Counted from the first letter of the stretch, positions 9,872 to 18,605 are shown. The stretch: 36,010 bases of DNA from a virus (IMGVR_UViG_3300005805_000232:1-36010); one strand, 5' to 3'. The notes: generated by a model not told the origin, from the letters alone. Numbers and translations are program-made.

Positions 9872-11956
9872 TTATTTTGCTAGGTTATATTGAGAATTTA
9901 CCATTTCCTGATGTATTCTGTCCGACCTTTCACTTAATGCACGTTGTGCTCTACGATTGTCGGATAAAGTAACATTTCGATAAATATCTCTGGTTTTGTA
10001 AAATACCGCATCTGGTATACTTGCAGATTGATAGGCATCGAACCCCGGAATAGTTCCCATACTATTAATGATAGATTCTTGTTGTCGAGCTTGATTGTCT
10101 TTTACTTGATTTTCAGCTCTTGATGCCGTGTTTAACGCTTCTCTTCTACTTTGTTCTCTTACTGTTCCTGCACTAGTTCTAGATCTACTAGGCTGCAACA
10201 CTCCTGGAATAGATAATCCAGGCACAGTTAATCCTGTGCCTAGTTGTGGTTGATTACTAATAGTACTTGTAGGACTTATAGGGTTGGTCTGACTGGTAAT
10301 AGATGTTGTAGTTGACAAATTTTGATTTATTATTGGGTCAGTTACTAAAGCAACCTCTGTGACAGATTGCACAGATTCATTTACGCTAGTAACTGCTAAA
10401 GTATTTGTAGTTTGTTTATATCCCGGGCATTGAGAATTTATTTGCGGATTAGCTTGACAACTATCATTAAATAATTTATTCTTATATGCTTCGGCATAAT
10501 TTGTGCAAGAGCTACTAAACAAAGGATTAGCCGAACACTGTTGATTTAAATAGGCTTGGTCATACCCGGGACAACTTTTATTATAAAGTACATTATTATT
10601 ACATTGTTGAGCAAAAAAAGCTGTTTGGTATCCGGGACAACTTACATTATATAAAGGATTAGCAGTGCATTGTTGATTAAAATAAGCAGTCTGATAACCT
10701 ATACATTGATTATTATATAAAGGATTAGCCTGACATTGCTGCAAGAAAAATGCCTGCTGATAACCATTACATTTTGTATCGTACAAAGAATTTAAAGAGC
10801 ATTGTTCATTAAAGTAGGCCTGAGCATACCCAGGGCAATCTTTGTTAAACAAAGCATTCGCGGTACATTTTTGACCAAATATTGCTGCAGCATATCCTGG
10901 ACATTGTTCGCTATATAATGAGTTTAATGTACATTGTTGTGTTAAAAATGCCTGTTGATATCCCGGACAACCTATATTATAAAGTGCACTTGTAGTGCAT
11001 TGTAAATCAAAATTTGCTTTTTCATATCCCGGACATTCTTTACTAAACAAAGGATTTGCTGTACAGTTTTGATTAAATACCGCCTGAACATACCCAGGAC
11101 AATCTTTGTTATATAAAGGATTTTCGCTGCACATTAAATTAAATTGTGCCTGAGCATACCCAGGGCAAAGCACATTAGATAAGGGATTAGCATTACATTG
11201 TTGATCAAACAATGCTGCAGCATATCCGGGACAGGTTGCATCAAATAGTGGATTAGCCGCACATTGTTGTGCTTTTATTGCAGAAGCATAGTTAGGACAA
11301 CTAGTATCAATTAGTGGGTTTATTGCACATTGTTGTGCCTTAAAGGCAGCGGCATAACCCGGACAATCAGCAGATGACAGAGGATTAATTGCACATTGAT
11401 CAGGAATATATTGTAAAGCAAAGTTAATATTTCTAATTTGTGGACCATAGTACCCTGCCCAATATCTATCATCTTTGCCAGAAACCTCTAAGGTATATTT
11501 ACTGAGATTGGCTAATTGATAAGGATTTTGATAAACTTTGACCCCTGCAGCAGTTACCCACCCGGATGTTTGTACCAATGCATACACATCTTTATGAATC
11601 AATGATCCATCCTTGGCAAATAAATTCACATCTAAATTAGCAGTTCCACGATTAATTCCATTGTTAATATAATCTAATGAATATTTGTATCCCGTGATTT
11701 GTATATTTGCACCACTATTTTCGAATACTTTATTAAGTTCAATTTGTTGTAGCATACGTCCCTGTGTATAGCCAAACAAAATGGTATTAGTAGAGGGGTT
11801 ATATGCAGGTTGATTACCACCTACCACACCTCCAGGAACATAATTTCCGGTTAAGCCTCCGGTCCAACTATTAGTGATCAGATTAGCTGTCTGCTGTTTG
11901 TCTTGTGCATTAGAGTAAGATAAGCAGTAAAACAATAAACCCAAACACAGGACCAT
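9872..11956 (-). CDS. Secreted Cys-repeat protein
   Basis: Signal-peptide-like MVLCLGLLFYCLSYSNA at ATG 11956 (preferred to 12058); beta-rich N domain, 15 Cys repeats, S/T-rich linker, helical tail. Confidence 0.75.
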   Translation of the reverse strand: MVLCLGLLFYCLSYSNAQDKQQTANLITNSWTGGLTGNYVPGGVVGGNQPAYNPSTNTILFGYTQGRMLQQIELNKVFENSGANIQITGYKYSLDYINNGINRGTANLDVNLFAKDGSLIHKDVYALVQTSGWVTAAGVKVYQNPYQLANLSKYTLEVSGKDDRYWAGYYGPQIRNINFALQYIPDQCAINPLSSADCPGYAAAFKAQQCAINPLIDTSCPNYASAIKAQQCAANPLFDATCPGYAAALFDQQCNANPLSNVLCPGYAQAQFNLMCSENPLYNKDCPGYVQAVFNQNCTANPLFSKECPGYEKANFDLQCTTSALYNIGCPGYQQAFLTQQCTLNSLYSEQCPGYAAAIFGQKCTANALFNKDCPGYAQAYFNEQCSLNSLYDTKCNGYQQAFFLQQCQANPLYNNQCIGYQTAYFNQQCTANPLYNVSCPGYQTAFFAQQCNNNVLYNKSCPGYDQAYLNQQCSANPLFSSSCTNYAEAYKNKLFNDSCQANPQINSQCPGYKQTTNTLAVTSVNESVQSVTEVALVTDPIINQNLSTTTSITSQTNPISPTSTISNQPQLGTGLTVPGLSIPGVLQPSRSRTSAGTVREQSRREALNTASRAENQVKDNQARQQESIINSMGTIPGFDAYQSASIPDAVFYKTRDIYRNVTLSDNRRAQRALSERSDRIHQEMVNSQYNLAK
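10418..11404 (-). repeat. 15 tandem 66-bp (22-aa) coding repeats, consensus QQCxxNPLYxxxCPGYxxAxF
   Basis: Counted from the translation; two invariant Cys per unit, 10 residues apart. Confidence 0.95.
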
Positions 11957-12452
11957 ATTTTTCAAAAATGCTTTCACTTGTATTATCCTTAGAATTTTGT
12001 GGTTGACGTTCGGGATTAGTTTCCCATATCTTTTGAGCTTCGACACCAATTTTGCCATCTACTGGGCAAGGTGTACCTGCATTGCTCATTGCTGTGAAAA
12101 CTCTTTCATCTTGACACAGTGTGGCCACTGCTGCTACTTTCATGCCCATGTCATACAAGTTTTTAGCTAGTTTAATTCTTTCACAGTTCATATCTCTAAC
12201 TGTAGTTCCACCACTTATACCTAAGATCTGTGTTTGTACTGCTCCAGCAATACCAACAGTACAAAGGTCATTATTAATCACAGTAACTCCTGGACTAATC
12301 GCACTAGGTGGGGGACTTTTTACTGTGGTCTCATTTTGATTTATACTGTTTACTGTACTGCTGCTGGTGCTTTCTGTTATAATTCTTTCTTGTGCAGTTG
12401 CAACTGACAGCGTAAAATAGCTTAAAAGTAAAATTATTATTGTAGTTTTCAT
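11910..12452 (-). CDS. Secreted, C-terminally anchored Cys-containing protein
   Basis: AAGGGA SD before ATG 12452; signal peptide MKTTIIILLLSYFTLSVATA; PPPSAISP, 4 Cys; terminal hydrophobic VFGFIVLLLILL. Confidence 0.8.
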   Translation of the reverse strand: MKTTIIILLLSYFTLSVATAQERIITESTSSSTVNSINQNETTVKSPPPSAISPGVTVINNDLCTVGIAGAVQTQILGISGGTTVRDMNCERIKLAKNLYDMGMKVAAVATLCQDERVFTAMSNAGTPCPVDGKIGVEAQKIWETNPERQPQNSKDNTSESIFEKYGPVFGFIVLLLILL

Positions 12453-12534
12453 TTCGATCCCTTTTACAAGCACTAATAGATCGAAAAAATAAAAATTAGA
12501 AAATCAATTAGCTCTAATACTAGTGCTACAAATA

Positions 12535-12540
12535 TATTTA
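12535..12540 (-). promoter_or_regulatory. Late promoter core TAAATA for the minus-strand operon
   Basis: CCAATAAATATAT on minus strand, same context as 20383-20395. Confidence 0.55.
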
Positions 12541-12568
12541 TTGGTTTTTACTGGTACTTATCTACCGT

Positions 12569-12620
12569 TATAAATAAACTTGTAATCAATCTTGCTATAC
12601 ACGGAAAAAACCTGTATAGT
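12569..12620 (+). promoter_or_regulatory. Tandem late (TATAAATA) and sigma70-like (TTGCTA-17-TATAGT) promoters
   Basis: TATAAATA 12569-12576; -35 at 12592-12597; -10 at 12615-12620. Confidence 0.55.
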
Positions 12621-12638
12621 ATATTCTAGGAGATAAAT

Positions 12639-13883
12639 GTGAAAAAAATTGGATTCATTGGAATTGGAAAATTAGGTTTATCATGTGCACAGGTTATGGC
12701 ACAGGCAGGTCACGAAGTCACTGGCTATGATATTATTCCAAGAAATAGCAGCAGCATCAAAATTGCACCAACTTTAAAAGAAGCAGTAGAAAATAAAGAC
12801 ATTATTTTTATTGCAGTTCAAACACCACATGATCCGATTTATGATGGCAGTCAACCAATAACTCATTTAAAAAACAAAGATTTCGATTATACTATTGCTA
12901 AAGATGTATTATCCGCTGTTAACAAACATGTCAAAGCAGAGCAAATGGTTGTGCTAATTAGTACAGTGCTGCCGGGTACAACAAGACGTGATCTACGTAA
13001 AAATATTACCAATGCCAGGTTTGTTTATAATCCATACCTTATTGCTATGGGTAGCGTAGAATGGGATATGGTCAATCCTGAAATGGTAATTATTGGCACC
13101 GAAGATGGCAGCGAAACTGGTGATGCCAAAGAGCTAATAGATTTTTATCGAGGTTTTATGCAAAACGATCCCAGATATGTTGTGGGCACCTGGGATGAAG
13201 CAGAATGTATTAAAATATTTTACAATACATTTATTAGTGCAAAAGTGGGGTTAGTTAATATGATACAAGATGTAGCTATTAAAAATGGCAACATTGATGT
13301 TGATGTTGTAACTAATGCTCTTGCATCTAGCAATATGCGTATCATGGGCCCAAAATATATGATAGCTGGTATGGGGGACGCTGGTCCCTGTCATCCTAGA
13401 GATAATATTGCACTACGGTGGTTAGCTAACAAACTTGAGTTAGGTTATGACCTATTTGATGCAATCATGCATGCCAGAGAGAAACAGGCTAAATTATTGG
13501 CAGAATGTCTTGTTGCTCAAGCTAAGAAGACAAATTTGCCAATTTATATTCACGGCAAGGCCTACAAACCCAATGTACACTATGTAGATGGCAGTTACAG
13601 TTTATTAGTGGGTTGGTACTGTGAAGAACTGGGTATCGAACCACATTATATAGATCCTATGACAGAATTTCATGTACCTGAAAGTGTTAAAGGTGTTGTA
13701 TTATTAGCACATAACCAGAAAGTTACTTATGGGTATAGTGGAGTAGAGGAAGATCAACCTCTTTACTGTAAGATTGAACCTGGCAGTGTAATTGTAGATC
13801 CATGGCGTAAATTCCCGCGAAATATTAATGGCGTCAAAGTCATACACTACGGTAACACCAGAACATCAGATCTTACACGATAA
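12639..13883 (+). CDS. UDP-glucose/GDP-mannose dehydrogenase family protein
   Basis: GIGKLG Rossmann motif, IAVQTP, STVLPGTT, AECIKIFYNTF, GPCHPRD, GKAYKPN; AGGAGA SD with GTG start. Confidence 0.92.
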   Translation: MKKIGFIGIGKLGLSCAQVMAQAGHEVTGYDIIPRNSSSIKIAPTLKEAVENKDIIFIAVQTPHDPIYDGSQPITHLKNKDFDYTIAKDVLSAVNKHVKAEQMVVLISTVLPGTTRRDLRKNITNARFVYNPYLIAMGSVEWDMVNPEMVIIGTEDGSETGDAKELIDFYRGFMQNDPRYVVGTWDEAECIKIFYNTFISAKVGLVNMIQDVAIKNGNIDVDVVTNALASSNMRIMGPKYMIAGMGDAGPCHPRDNIALRWLANKLELGYDLFDAIMHAREKQAKLLAECLVAQAKKTNLPIYIHGKAYKPNVHYVDGSYSLLVGWYCEELGIEPHYIDPMTEFHVPESVKGVVLLAHNQKVTYGYSGVEEDQPLYCKIEPGSVIVDPWRKFPRNINGVKVIHYGNTRTSDLTR

Positions 13884-13897
13884 CAAAATTTACATGA

Positions 13898-13920
13898 TAT
13901 CCACTAAATAATAGTGGATA
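13898..13920 (+). promoter_or_regulatory. Late promoter TAAATA inside an RBS-occluding hairpin
   Basis: TATCCACTA-AATAA-TAGTGGATA perfect 9-bp stem; TAAATA 13905-13910. Confidence 0.65.
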
Positions 13921-14645
13921 ATGTAACTATGACTGCATTTGCAAACTATAACAATTCAGTGGTATCGGCTTTTACCAATCATCCTAAACCCGCGGATATA
14001 ATTGGTAGAAAAGTAGAAATATTAGACAGATTATCCGAATATTATAATAGATCTTTTAACAGTATTTTATTTGTAGGTTTTAATCCTGCTATTACAAATA
14101 TAAAACAATCTAATATCTACTGTACTGAAATTAGTGAGCAGACCAAAGATACAATAAAGTCAATTAATAATGATATTATTTTCTTAGATACAATTAACAG
14201 AAAATTTGATCTTGTTATAACAGGAGACGAATTTTTTACCTTTGCTGATAGTGAAGATCAACAGCGTAATGCAATTAAAAAATATTGTGAAATTACTGAA
14301 GGAGTTTTAATTACTACCCTACGTGATTATAAAAATTTGGATTTCAGAAATAGAGAATACAGTGAACCTGCTATTATTAAAAATAACGATTTGATCGATG
14401 TCTATACAGAAATTCATTCGTGGGATACAATTGATAGATATAGTTTTCAAACTTATCTATATCATATGAATAATATTGATGCTACCTTTATGGGACGATA
14501 TAATAGAAGAACACTATTTTTTAAACAATTAGCCAAAATTAGCAGTGATGCAGGTGCGTTAAACTTTGTTGTTCATAAAAACCTCATGTACAAAAGTTTA
14601 TTGAAAAAAAATTATGAGCATGTGATAACTATTGAATTCAATTAA
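13914..14645 (+). CDS. Hypothetical protein, degenerate class I methyltransferase-like fold (start GTG 13914 or ATG 13929)
   Basis: SILFVGF, KFDLVIT and GVLITT segments follow methyltransferase motif order, but GxG is lacking. Confidence 0.45.
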   Translation: MDNVTMTAFANYNNSVVSAFTNHPKPADIIGRKVEILDRLSEYYNRSFNSILFVGFNPAITNIKQSNIYCTEISEQTKDTIKSINNDIIFLDTINRKFDLVITGDEFFTFADSEDQQRNAIKKYCEITEGVLITTLRDYKNLDFRNREYSEPAIIKNNDLIDVYTEIHSWDTIDRYSFQTYLYHMNNIDATFMGRYNRRTLFFKQLAKISSDAGALNFVVHKNLMYKSLLKKNYEHVITIEFN

Positions 14646-14646
14646 T

Positions 14647-14675
14647 TTGACTTAATTAAATGATTATCATATTAT
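14647..14675 (+). promoter_or_regulatory. sigma70-like promoter
   Basis: TTGACT-17-TATTAT. Confidence 0.6.
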
Positions 14676-14684
14676 ATTGTTATT

Positions 14685-14870
14685 ATGAATGACAAAACCT
14701 TAAAAAATATTTCTTGGACAGTGAATGTAGAAGAGGATCCGGAATCTGGTGAACTGCTTTTACCACTACCCGCTGATTTTTTACTCATGCAGGGATGGGT
14801 AGAGGGTGATACCTTAGAATGGATAGATAACAAAGACGGTTCATGGACACTACAAAAAATCGAAAAATAA
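14685..14870 (+). CDS. AbrB/MazE-like swapped-hairpin DNA-binding protein
   Basis: GELLLPLPADFLLMQGWVEGDTLEW pattern. Confidence 0.7.
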   Translation: MNDKTLKNISWTVNVEEDPESGELLLPLPADFLLMQGWVEGDTLEWIDNKDGSWTLQKIEK

Positions 14871-14906
14871 GCATAAATTGGGTGAGTTAGGCCTGAACTA
14901 CCTATT

Positions 14907-15743
14907 ATGAAAACAATTCTTATTACAGGGAACAGTGGTTATATAGGTAGTCACTTAACAAAATGTCTTAAAGAAGAATATAAAATAATTGGACTAGATT
15001 TAGCTACACCAAAAGCAAACGTTTGGGATCATATACAAGTTGATATTCGATCTTTAGCGGCTCCAATAAATTACCAAATCGACACAGTAATTCATCTTGC
15101 AGCTAAAGTAAAAGTTAACGAAAGTGTCTTAGATCCCATTGACTACTATTCAACTAATCTTAATGGTACATTAAATTTATTAGAAAAAATAAAATGCAAA
15201 AATTTTATTTTTGCCAGTACAGGAAGTGCAGAATACTGTAATAATCCCTATGGAATTAGTAAACGTGCCGCAGAAGACTGTGTGCAGCAGTTTTGTAAAA
15301 CCAATGGTATTCCATTTACAATTTTTAGATTTTATAATGTGATAGGATCAAGTGGATTTGCTCCTACTAATCCGGATGGGTTATTTTATAATTTGATTAA
15401 AGCAGTGACCAGTGGTAATTTTACTATTTACGGGCATGATTATAATACAGAGGACGGAACCGCAGTTCGCGATTATGTTCATGTAGACGAAATTTGTAGT
15501 GCCATTACTAACGCAATTGATGCTCCAGCATTTAATGTTGAAAACTTAGGACATGGTCAGGGCTACACAGTAAAACAAATTACTGAATTATTTCAATCAG
15601 TGAATAACGTTAGTTTTCAAATTAATTATGGTCCTAGACGAGCAGGGGATTTAGAACGTAGTGTTTTAAGTAATCCCAGTCTATATCTTCCAAAAACTTA
15701 TAATATTCAAAATCTTTTACAAATACCAAAAAGTATTGTATAA
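14907..15743 (+). CDS. NAD-dependent epimerase/dehydratase (GalE-like)
   Basis: TGNSGYIGSH, HLAA, FASTG, YGISK, RFYNV, DGTAVRDYVHV, RRAGD. Confidence 0.9.
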   Translation: MKTILITGNSGYIGSHLTKCLKEEYKIIGLDLATPKANVWDHIQVDIRSLAAPINYQIDTVIHLAAKVKVNESVLDPIDYYSTNLNGTLNLLEKIKCKNFIFASTGSAEYCNNPYGISKRAAEDCVQQFCKTNGIPFTIFRFYNVIGSSGFAPTNPDGLFYNLIKAVTSGNFTIYGHDYNTEDGTAVRDYVHVDEICSAITNAIDAPAFNVENLGHGQGYTVKQITELFQSVNNVSFQINYGPRRAGDLERSVLSNPSLYLPKTYNIQNLLQIPKSIV

Positions 15744-15751
15744 TAGAAAAA

Positions 15752-16003
15752 ATGAATACATTTAGACCTCAACAATATAACAAACAACGCCGATTAGTCT
15801 GGTGGAGAGAATTTAGAGAATACGTAGGTGATTTAAATTGGAAAACTAATTATACTGTTAAAATATTTAAACAACAAAAATGGCCAAGAGTATATAAAAT
15901 AGGACAGCATCTGCATTATTTGGCTTGCCATGCTCCCCAATCAGTGAACAAGAAATATTATCAAGCTTGGTGTCGCTTTTACAAAAAGTATAGAAAGTTT
16001 TAA
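15752..16003 (+). CDS. Small basic, aromatic-rich hypothetical protein
   Basis: 83-aa ORF 8 nt after the epimerase stop. Confidence 0.55.
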   Translation: MNTFRPQQYNKQRRLVWWREFREYVGDLNWKTNYTVKIFKQQKWPRVYKIGQHLHYLACHAPQSVNKKYYQAWCRFYKKYRKF

Positions 16004-16118
16004 ATGGAAAATTTAAATTTTTGTTTTTTACATTTTATTTCTGTCTAAGTATCAATCTCGTTTATTAAAATTTACACAACTAAAATAATTGATGTGTATT
16101 CTTGTAACTGGATAATTA

Positions 16119-17141
16119 ATGACAATTAAACGTATAGGTTTCGCCTGCAAATGGATAGATCATCCTGAACAAATGGATGGTATTAAACCTAAAGATGCAG
16201 CCAAAAAATACAACACTGGTAAGACAACTATAACTTGGCTTAATAGACAAAGTCGTGCTGCTGCAGAACAACGACTATGGGATTTAATGAAGCAAAACAT
16301 TGAATCAACTAGACAACTTGTAACTAAAATTGGAGATTTACAACATGAACTTAGAATGGTTCGTCTTTCAAGTGATATTTTGCCTGCTTTTACTGAGCCT
16401 AGTTGGCGTTACTTTTGGCAGTTACCTGATGTACAAAGATATGCAGAAAGAGCATTCGCTGAGGTCGGAAGGGTGGCTCGTGATCGTAATGTTCGGCTTA
16501 GCTTTCATCCTGGCCAGTTCACTGTGCTTGCTAGCGATAACCCTGAGATTGTTGAACGTTCTATAGAGGAGTTTGAATACCATGCTACAATGGCCGCTTG
16601 GATGGGGTTTGCCCAGAGATTTCAAGACTTTAAAATCAACGTCCACATCGCGGGTCGAGCCGGTCCACAAGGTATCAGATCGGCCTATCAAAAGCTCTCA
16701 CCAGAAGCAAGAAACTGCCTTACCATCGAAAACGAAGAAATAAGTTATGGATTGGATGATTGTCTTAGCATTAGTGATCTTGTGCCTATCGTGCTCGATG
16801 TACATCATAATTGGGTGCGTGAAGGGGTATACATTGACCCAACTAGTGACAGCGTTAAAAGAGTGGTGGACAGTTGGCGCGGTGTTCGTCCTGCTATGCA
16901 TTATAGTGTCAGTAGGGAAGACCTTTTGACTGATCATTGTACACAAACCTTACCAGATTATCAGCAATTAATTGGTAAAGGATATAAAAAACAAAAACTT
17001 AGAGCACATTCTGATTTTTACTGGAATATGGCAGTTAACAAATGGGCCCTTAGTTTCCTAGATCAATTTGATATTATGTGCGAATGCAAATCAAAAAATC
17101 TAGGTGCACACGCTTTATATCAATTAACTAAATCCGATTAG
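16119..17141 (+). CDS. uvsE: UV damage endonuclease
   Basis: RIGFAC, RLSSD, RLSFHPGQFTVLAS, TIENEE, LDVHH, HYS, RAHSD, DIMCECKSK. Confidence 0.95.
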   Translation: MTIKRIGFACKWIDHPEQMDGIKPKDAAKKYNTGKTTITWLNRQSRAAAEQRLWDLMKQNIESTRQLVTKIGDLQHELRMVRLSSDILPAFTEPSWRYFWQLPDVQRYAERAFAEVGRVARDRNVRLSFHPGQFTVLASDNPEIVERSIEEFEYHATMAAWMGFAQRFQDFKINVHIAGRAGPQGIRSAYQKLSPEARNCLTIENEEISYGLDDCLSISDLVPIVLDVHHNWVREGVYIDPTSDSVKRVVDSWRGVRPAMHYSVSREDLLTDHCTQTLPDYQQLIGKGYKKQKLRAHSDFYWNMAVNKWALSFLDQFDIMCECKSKNLGAHALYQLTKSD

Positions 17142-17500
17142 TCTGTAGTTTTTTTAGCAGTAGGCTTCTTTGGTTTGGCGGCTGCTTTTTTTGCTACTGC
17201 TTTTGGAGCAACTGCTTTAGGTGCTGGATCTTTTTTTGCTCTAGTTTTTTTTGGTGGTTCTGCTGCGGGTGCTTCAACTGCTGGTGCTGATGTTTTAGGC
17301 ATGATAGCTTCCTTTTCGGTAGGGTGTAAATTTGTTGCTGTCACTGCTGCAGGTGCGACGTGCACTGGAGGTGCTGCAGGTTCTATTTTGTATGGTGCAT
17401 TCATCTCTTGCACTTTACGATCTACATAGTCCAATGGATGCTTGTCAGATTTGGGTTTTAAACCAGTTATAAATTCTGAAATCTTACTTAGTAACCACAT
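17138..17500 (-). CDS. Protein with amphipathic N-terminus and Lys/Ala/Pro-rich histone-H1-like tail
   Basis: GAGGA SD before ATG 17500; tail PKAVAPKAVAKKAAAKPKKPTAKK. Confidence 0.75.
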   Translation of the reverse strand: MWLLSKISEFITGLKPKSDKHPLDYVDRKVQEMNAPYKIEPAAPPVHVAPAAVTATNLHPTEKEAIMPKTSAPAVEAPAAEPPKKTRAKKDPAPKAVAPKAVAKKAAAKPKKPTAKKTTD

Positions 17501-17526
17501 GATAATTCCTCTCATTGATATAGAAA

Positions 17527-17532
17527 TATTTA
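17527..17532 (-). promoter_or_regulatory. Late promoter core TAAATA
   Basis: GATAAATA on minus strand 26 nt upstream of ATG 17500. Confidence 0.5.
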
Positions 17533-17569
17533 TCGGATCAGTTAATTCGGTAGAAAAAGTATTTTAAAT

Positions 17570-17600
17570 TGTTGCACTGCAGCATAAATAATGTTATAAT
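17570..17600 (+). promoter_or_regulatory. sigma70 promoter overlapped by a PhaR-like palindrome, with TAAATA in the spacer
   Basis: TGTTGCACTGCAGCA 17570-17584; TTGCAC-17-TATAAT with TG extension; TAAATA 17585-17590. Confidence 0.6.
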
Positions 17601-17621
17601 TATTTTTTAAGGAGAGCTTAA

Positions 17622-17909
17622 ATGTTCACATTTGATCCTATTATTGATGCAGTACAAAACGGTAAAAAGCAATTTGTAAAAACTTTTGTAACAAATGGAA
17701 AAATTGCAGATTCCATGAATACCTTCATCGATACACAAACAACGTATACCAAGGAAGCCAGTAAGGCCAGTTTAAATATGTATACAGATGTAATGAATGA
17801 AATGATTAAAAATAGCCAAGAAACTCTTAAATTTGATTACACAAAGTTTGGCGAGGGGATCATGAAGGCCTATTACAGTCAAATGAACAAACCCAAATCT
17901 AACGGTTGA
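17622..17909 (+). CDS. Small amphipathic helical protein, possibly phasin-like
   Basis: TAAGGAG SD; helical pattern, no Cys or Trp; phasin assignment rests mainly on the upstream operator. Confidence 0.45.
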   Translation: MFTFDPIIDAVQNGKKQFVKTFVTNGKIADSMNTFIDTQTTYTKEASKASLNMYTDVMNEMIKNSQETLKFDYTKFGEGIMKAYYSQMNKPKSNG

Positions 17910-17934
17910 CAATAAATTTGTATATCAATATAAT
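17906..17934 (+). promoter_or_regulatory. Consensus sigma70 early promoter
   Basis: TTGACA-17-TATAAT. Confidence 0.85.
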
Positions 17935-17965
17935 AGCGTTCAATTTAGTTAATTTGGAGCGTGAA

Positions 17966-18178
17966 ATGGCTTTTCGAGTGTTAGGATTAACAGAACAGGT
18001 TCTTGGCGGTTATAGTTCACGTAAAGGACTAGAAGGACCTTTTCCATATCCTAACGGCAAAGTTCTTTATTATGATCCCAAAGAAGGCAAGTATTGGGAT
18101 CCAACCACAGATTTTTATTTAGATAATGCAGAAATAGATGTTTTAAATCAAGATCTAGTAAAAACTTTGTCGAGATAA
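17966..18178 (+). CDS. Hypothetical phage protein (GLEGPF...YYDPKEGKYWDP)
   Basis: GGAG SD before ATG 17966; the 17906 TTG is the -35 box. Confidence 0.75.
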   Translation: MAFRVLGLTEQVLGGYSSRKGLEGPFPYPNGKVLYYDPKEGKYWDPTTDFYLDNAEIDVLNQDLVKTLSR

Positions 18179-18182
18179 AGCT

Positions 18183-18392
18183 ATGTCCAATACTGAAACT
18201 TTACTTAAATTTCATATCATGCAACATACAGAAAATGGTATACAAAAATTATCAGATTGTCCCAGTTTACTGCAGGCTTCTATTATTGCAGATGAACAAT
18301 ACAGGCAGTCGGGCTACAAGAATTCGATTGTTATCGAATACGATGGCGATATAATCTATCGCGCTAAACGTCGTCCTTTGTTCTCTTTTTAA
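18183..18392 (+). CDS. Hypothetical protein
   Basis: 69-aa ORF in operon. Confidence 0.6.
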   Translation: MSNTETLLKFHIMQHTENGIQKLSDCPSLLQASIIADEQYRQSGYKNSIVIEYDGDIIYRAKRRPLFSF

Positions 18393-18403
18393 TAGGAAAT
18401 ATA

Positions 18404-18565
18404 ATGAAATCTGAAGTAATCGACCGAGCAAGTGAAGCAGTATTTTATTTTCAATATCCCACTAAGACCGCTGTGGATTATGTAGTAAAAAATGCTAACA
18501 CTGATTTTAAAACTGCGAAACAGGCACTTACGCATGTCATGACTGCTTACAAATCAAAAATCTAG
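18404..18565 (+). CDS. 53-aa hypothetical protein (not in ORF track)
   Basis: AGGA SD; MKSEVIDRASEAVFYFQYPTKTAVDYVVKNANTDFKTAKQALTHVMTAYKSKI. Confidence 0.7.
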   Translation: MKSEVIDRASEAVFYFQYPTKTAVDYVVKNANTDFKTAKQALTHVMTAYKSKI

Positions 18566-18574
18566 CGTAGTGTA

Positions 18575-18600
18575 TCTCTCTTAGTAAATACTAGGGGAGA
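18575..18600 (+). promoter_or_regulatory. Late promoter TAAATA inside an RBS-occluding hairpin
   Basis: TCTCTCTTAGT-AAAT-ACTAGGGGAGA 11-bp stem with 2 G-U pairs; SD GGGGAG in the 3' arm. Confidence 0.75.
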
Positions 18601-18605
18601 ACGCT

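Noticed and set aside
14685-14870. MazEF toxin-antitoxin pair
   Set aside because: The AbrB/MazE-like gene has no adjacent toxin; the next gene is an epimerase
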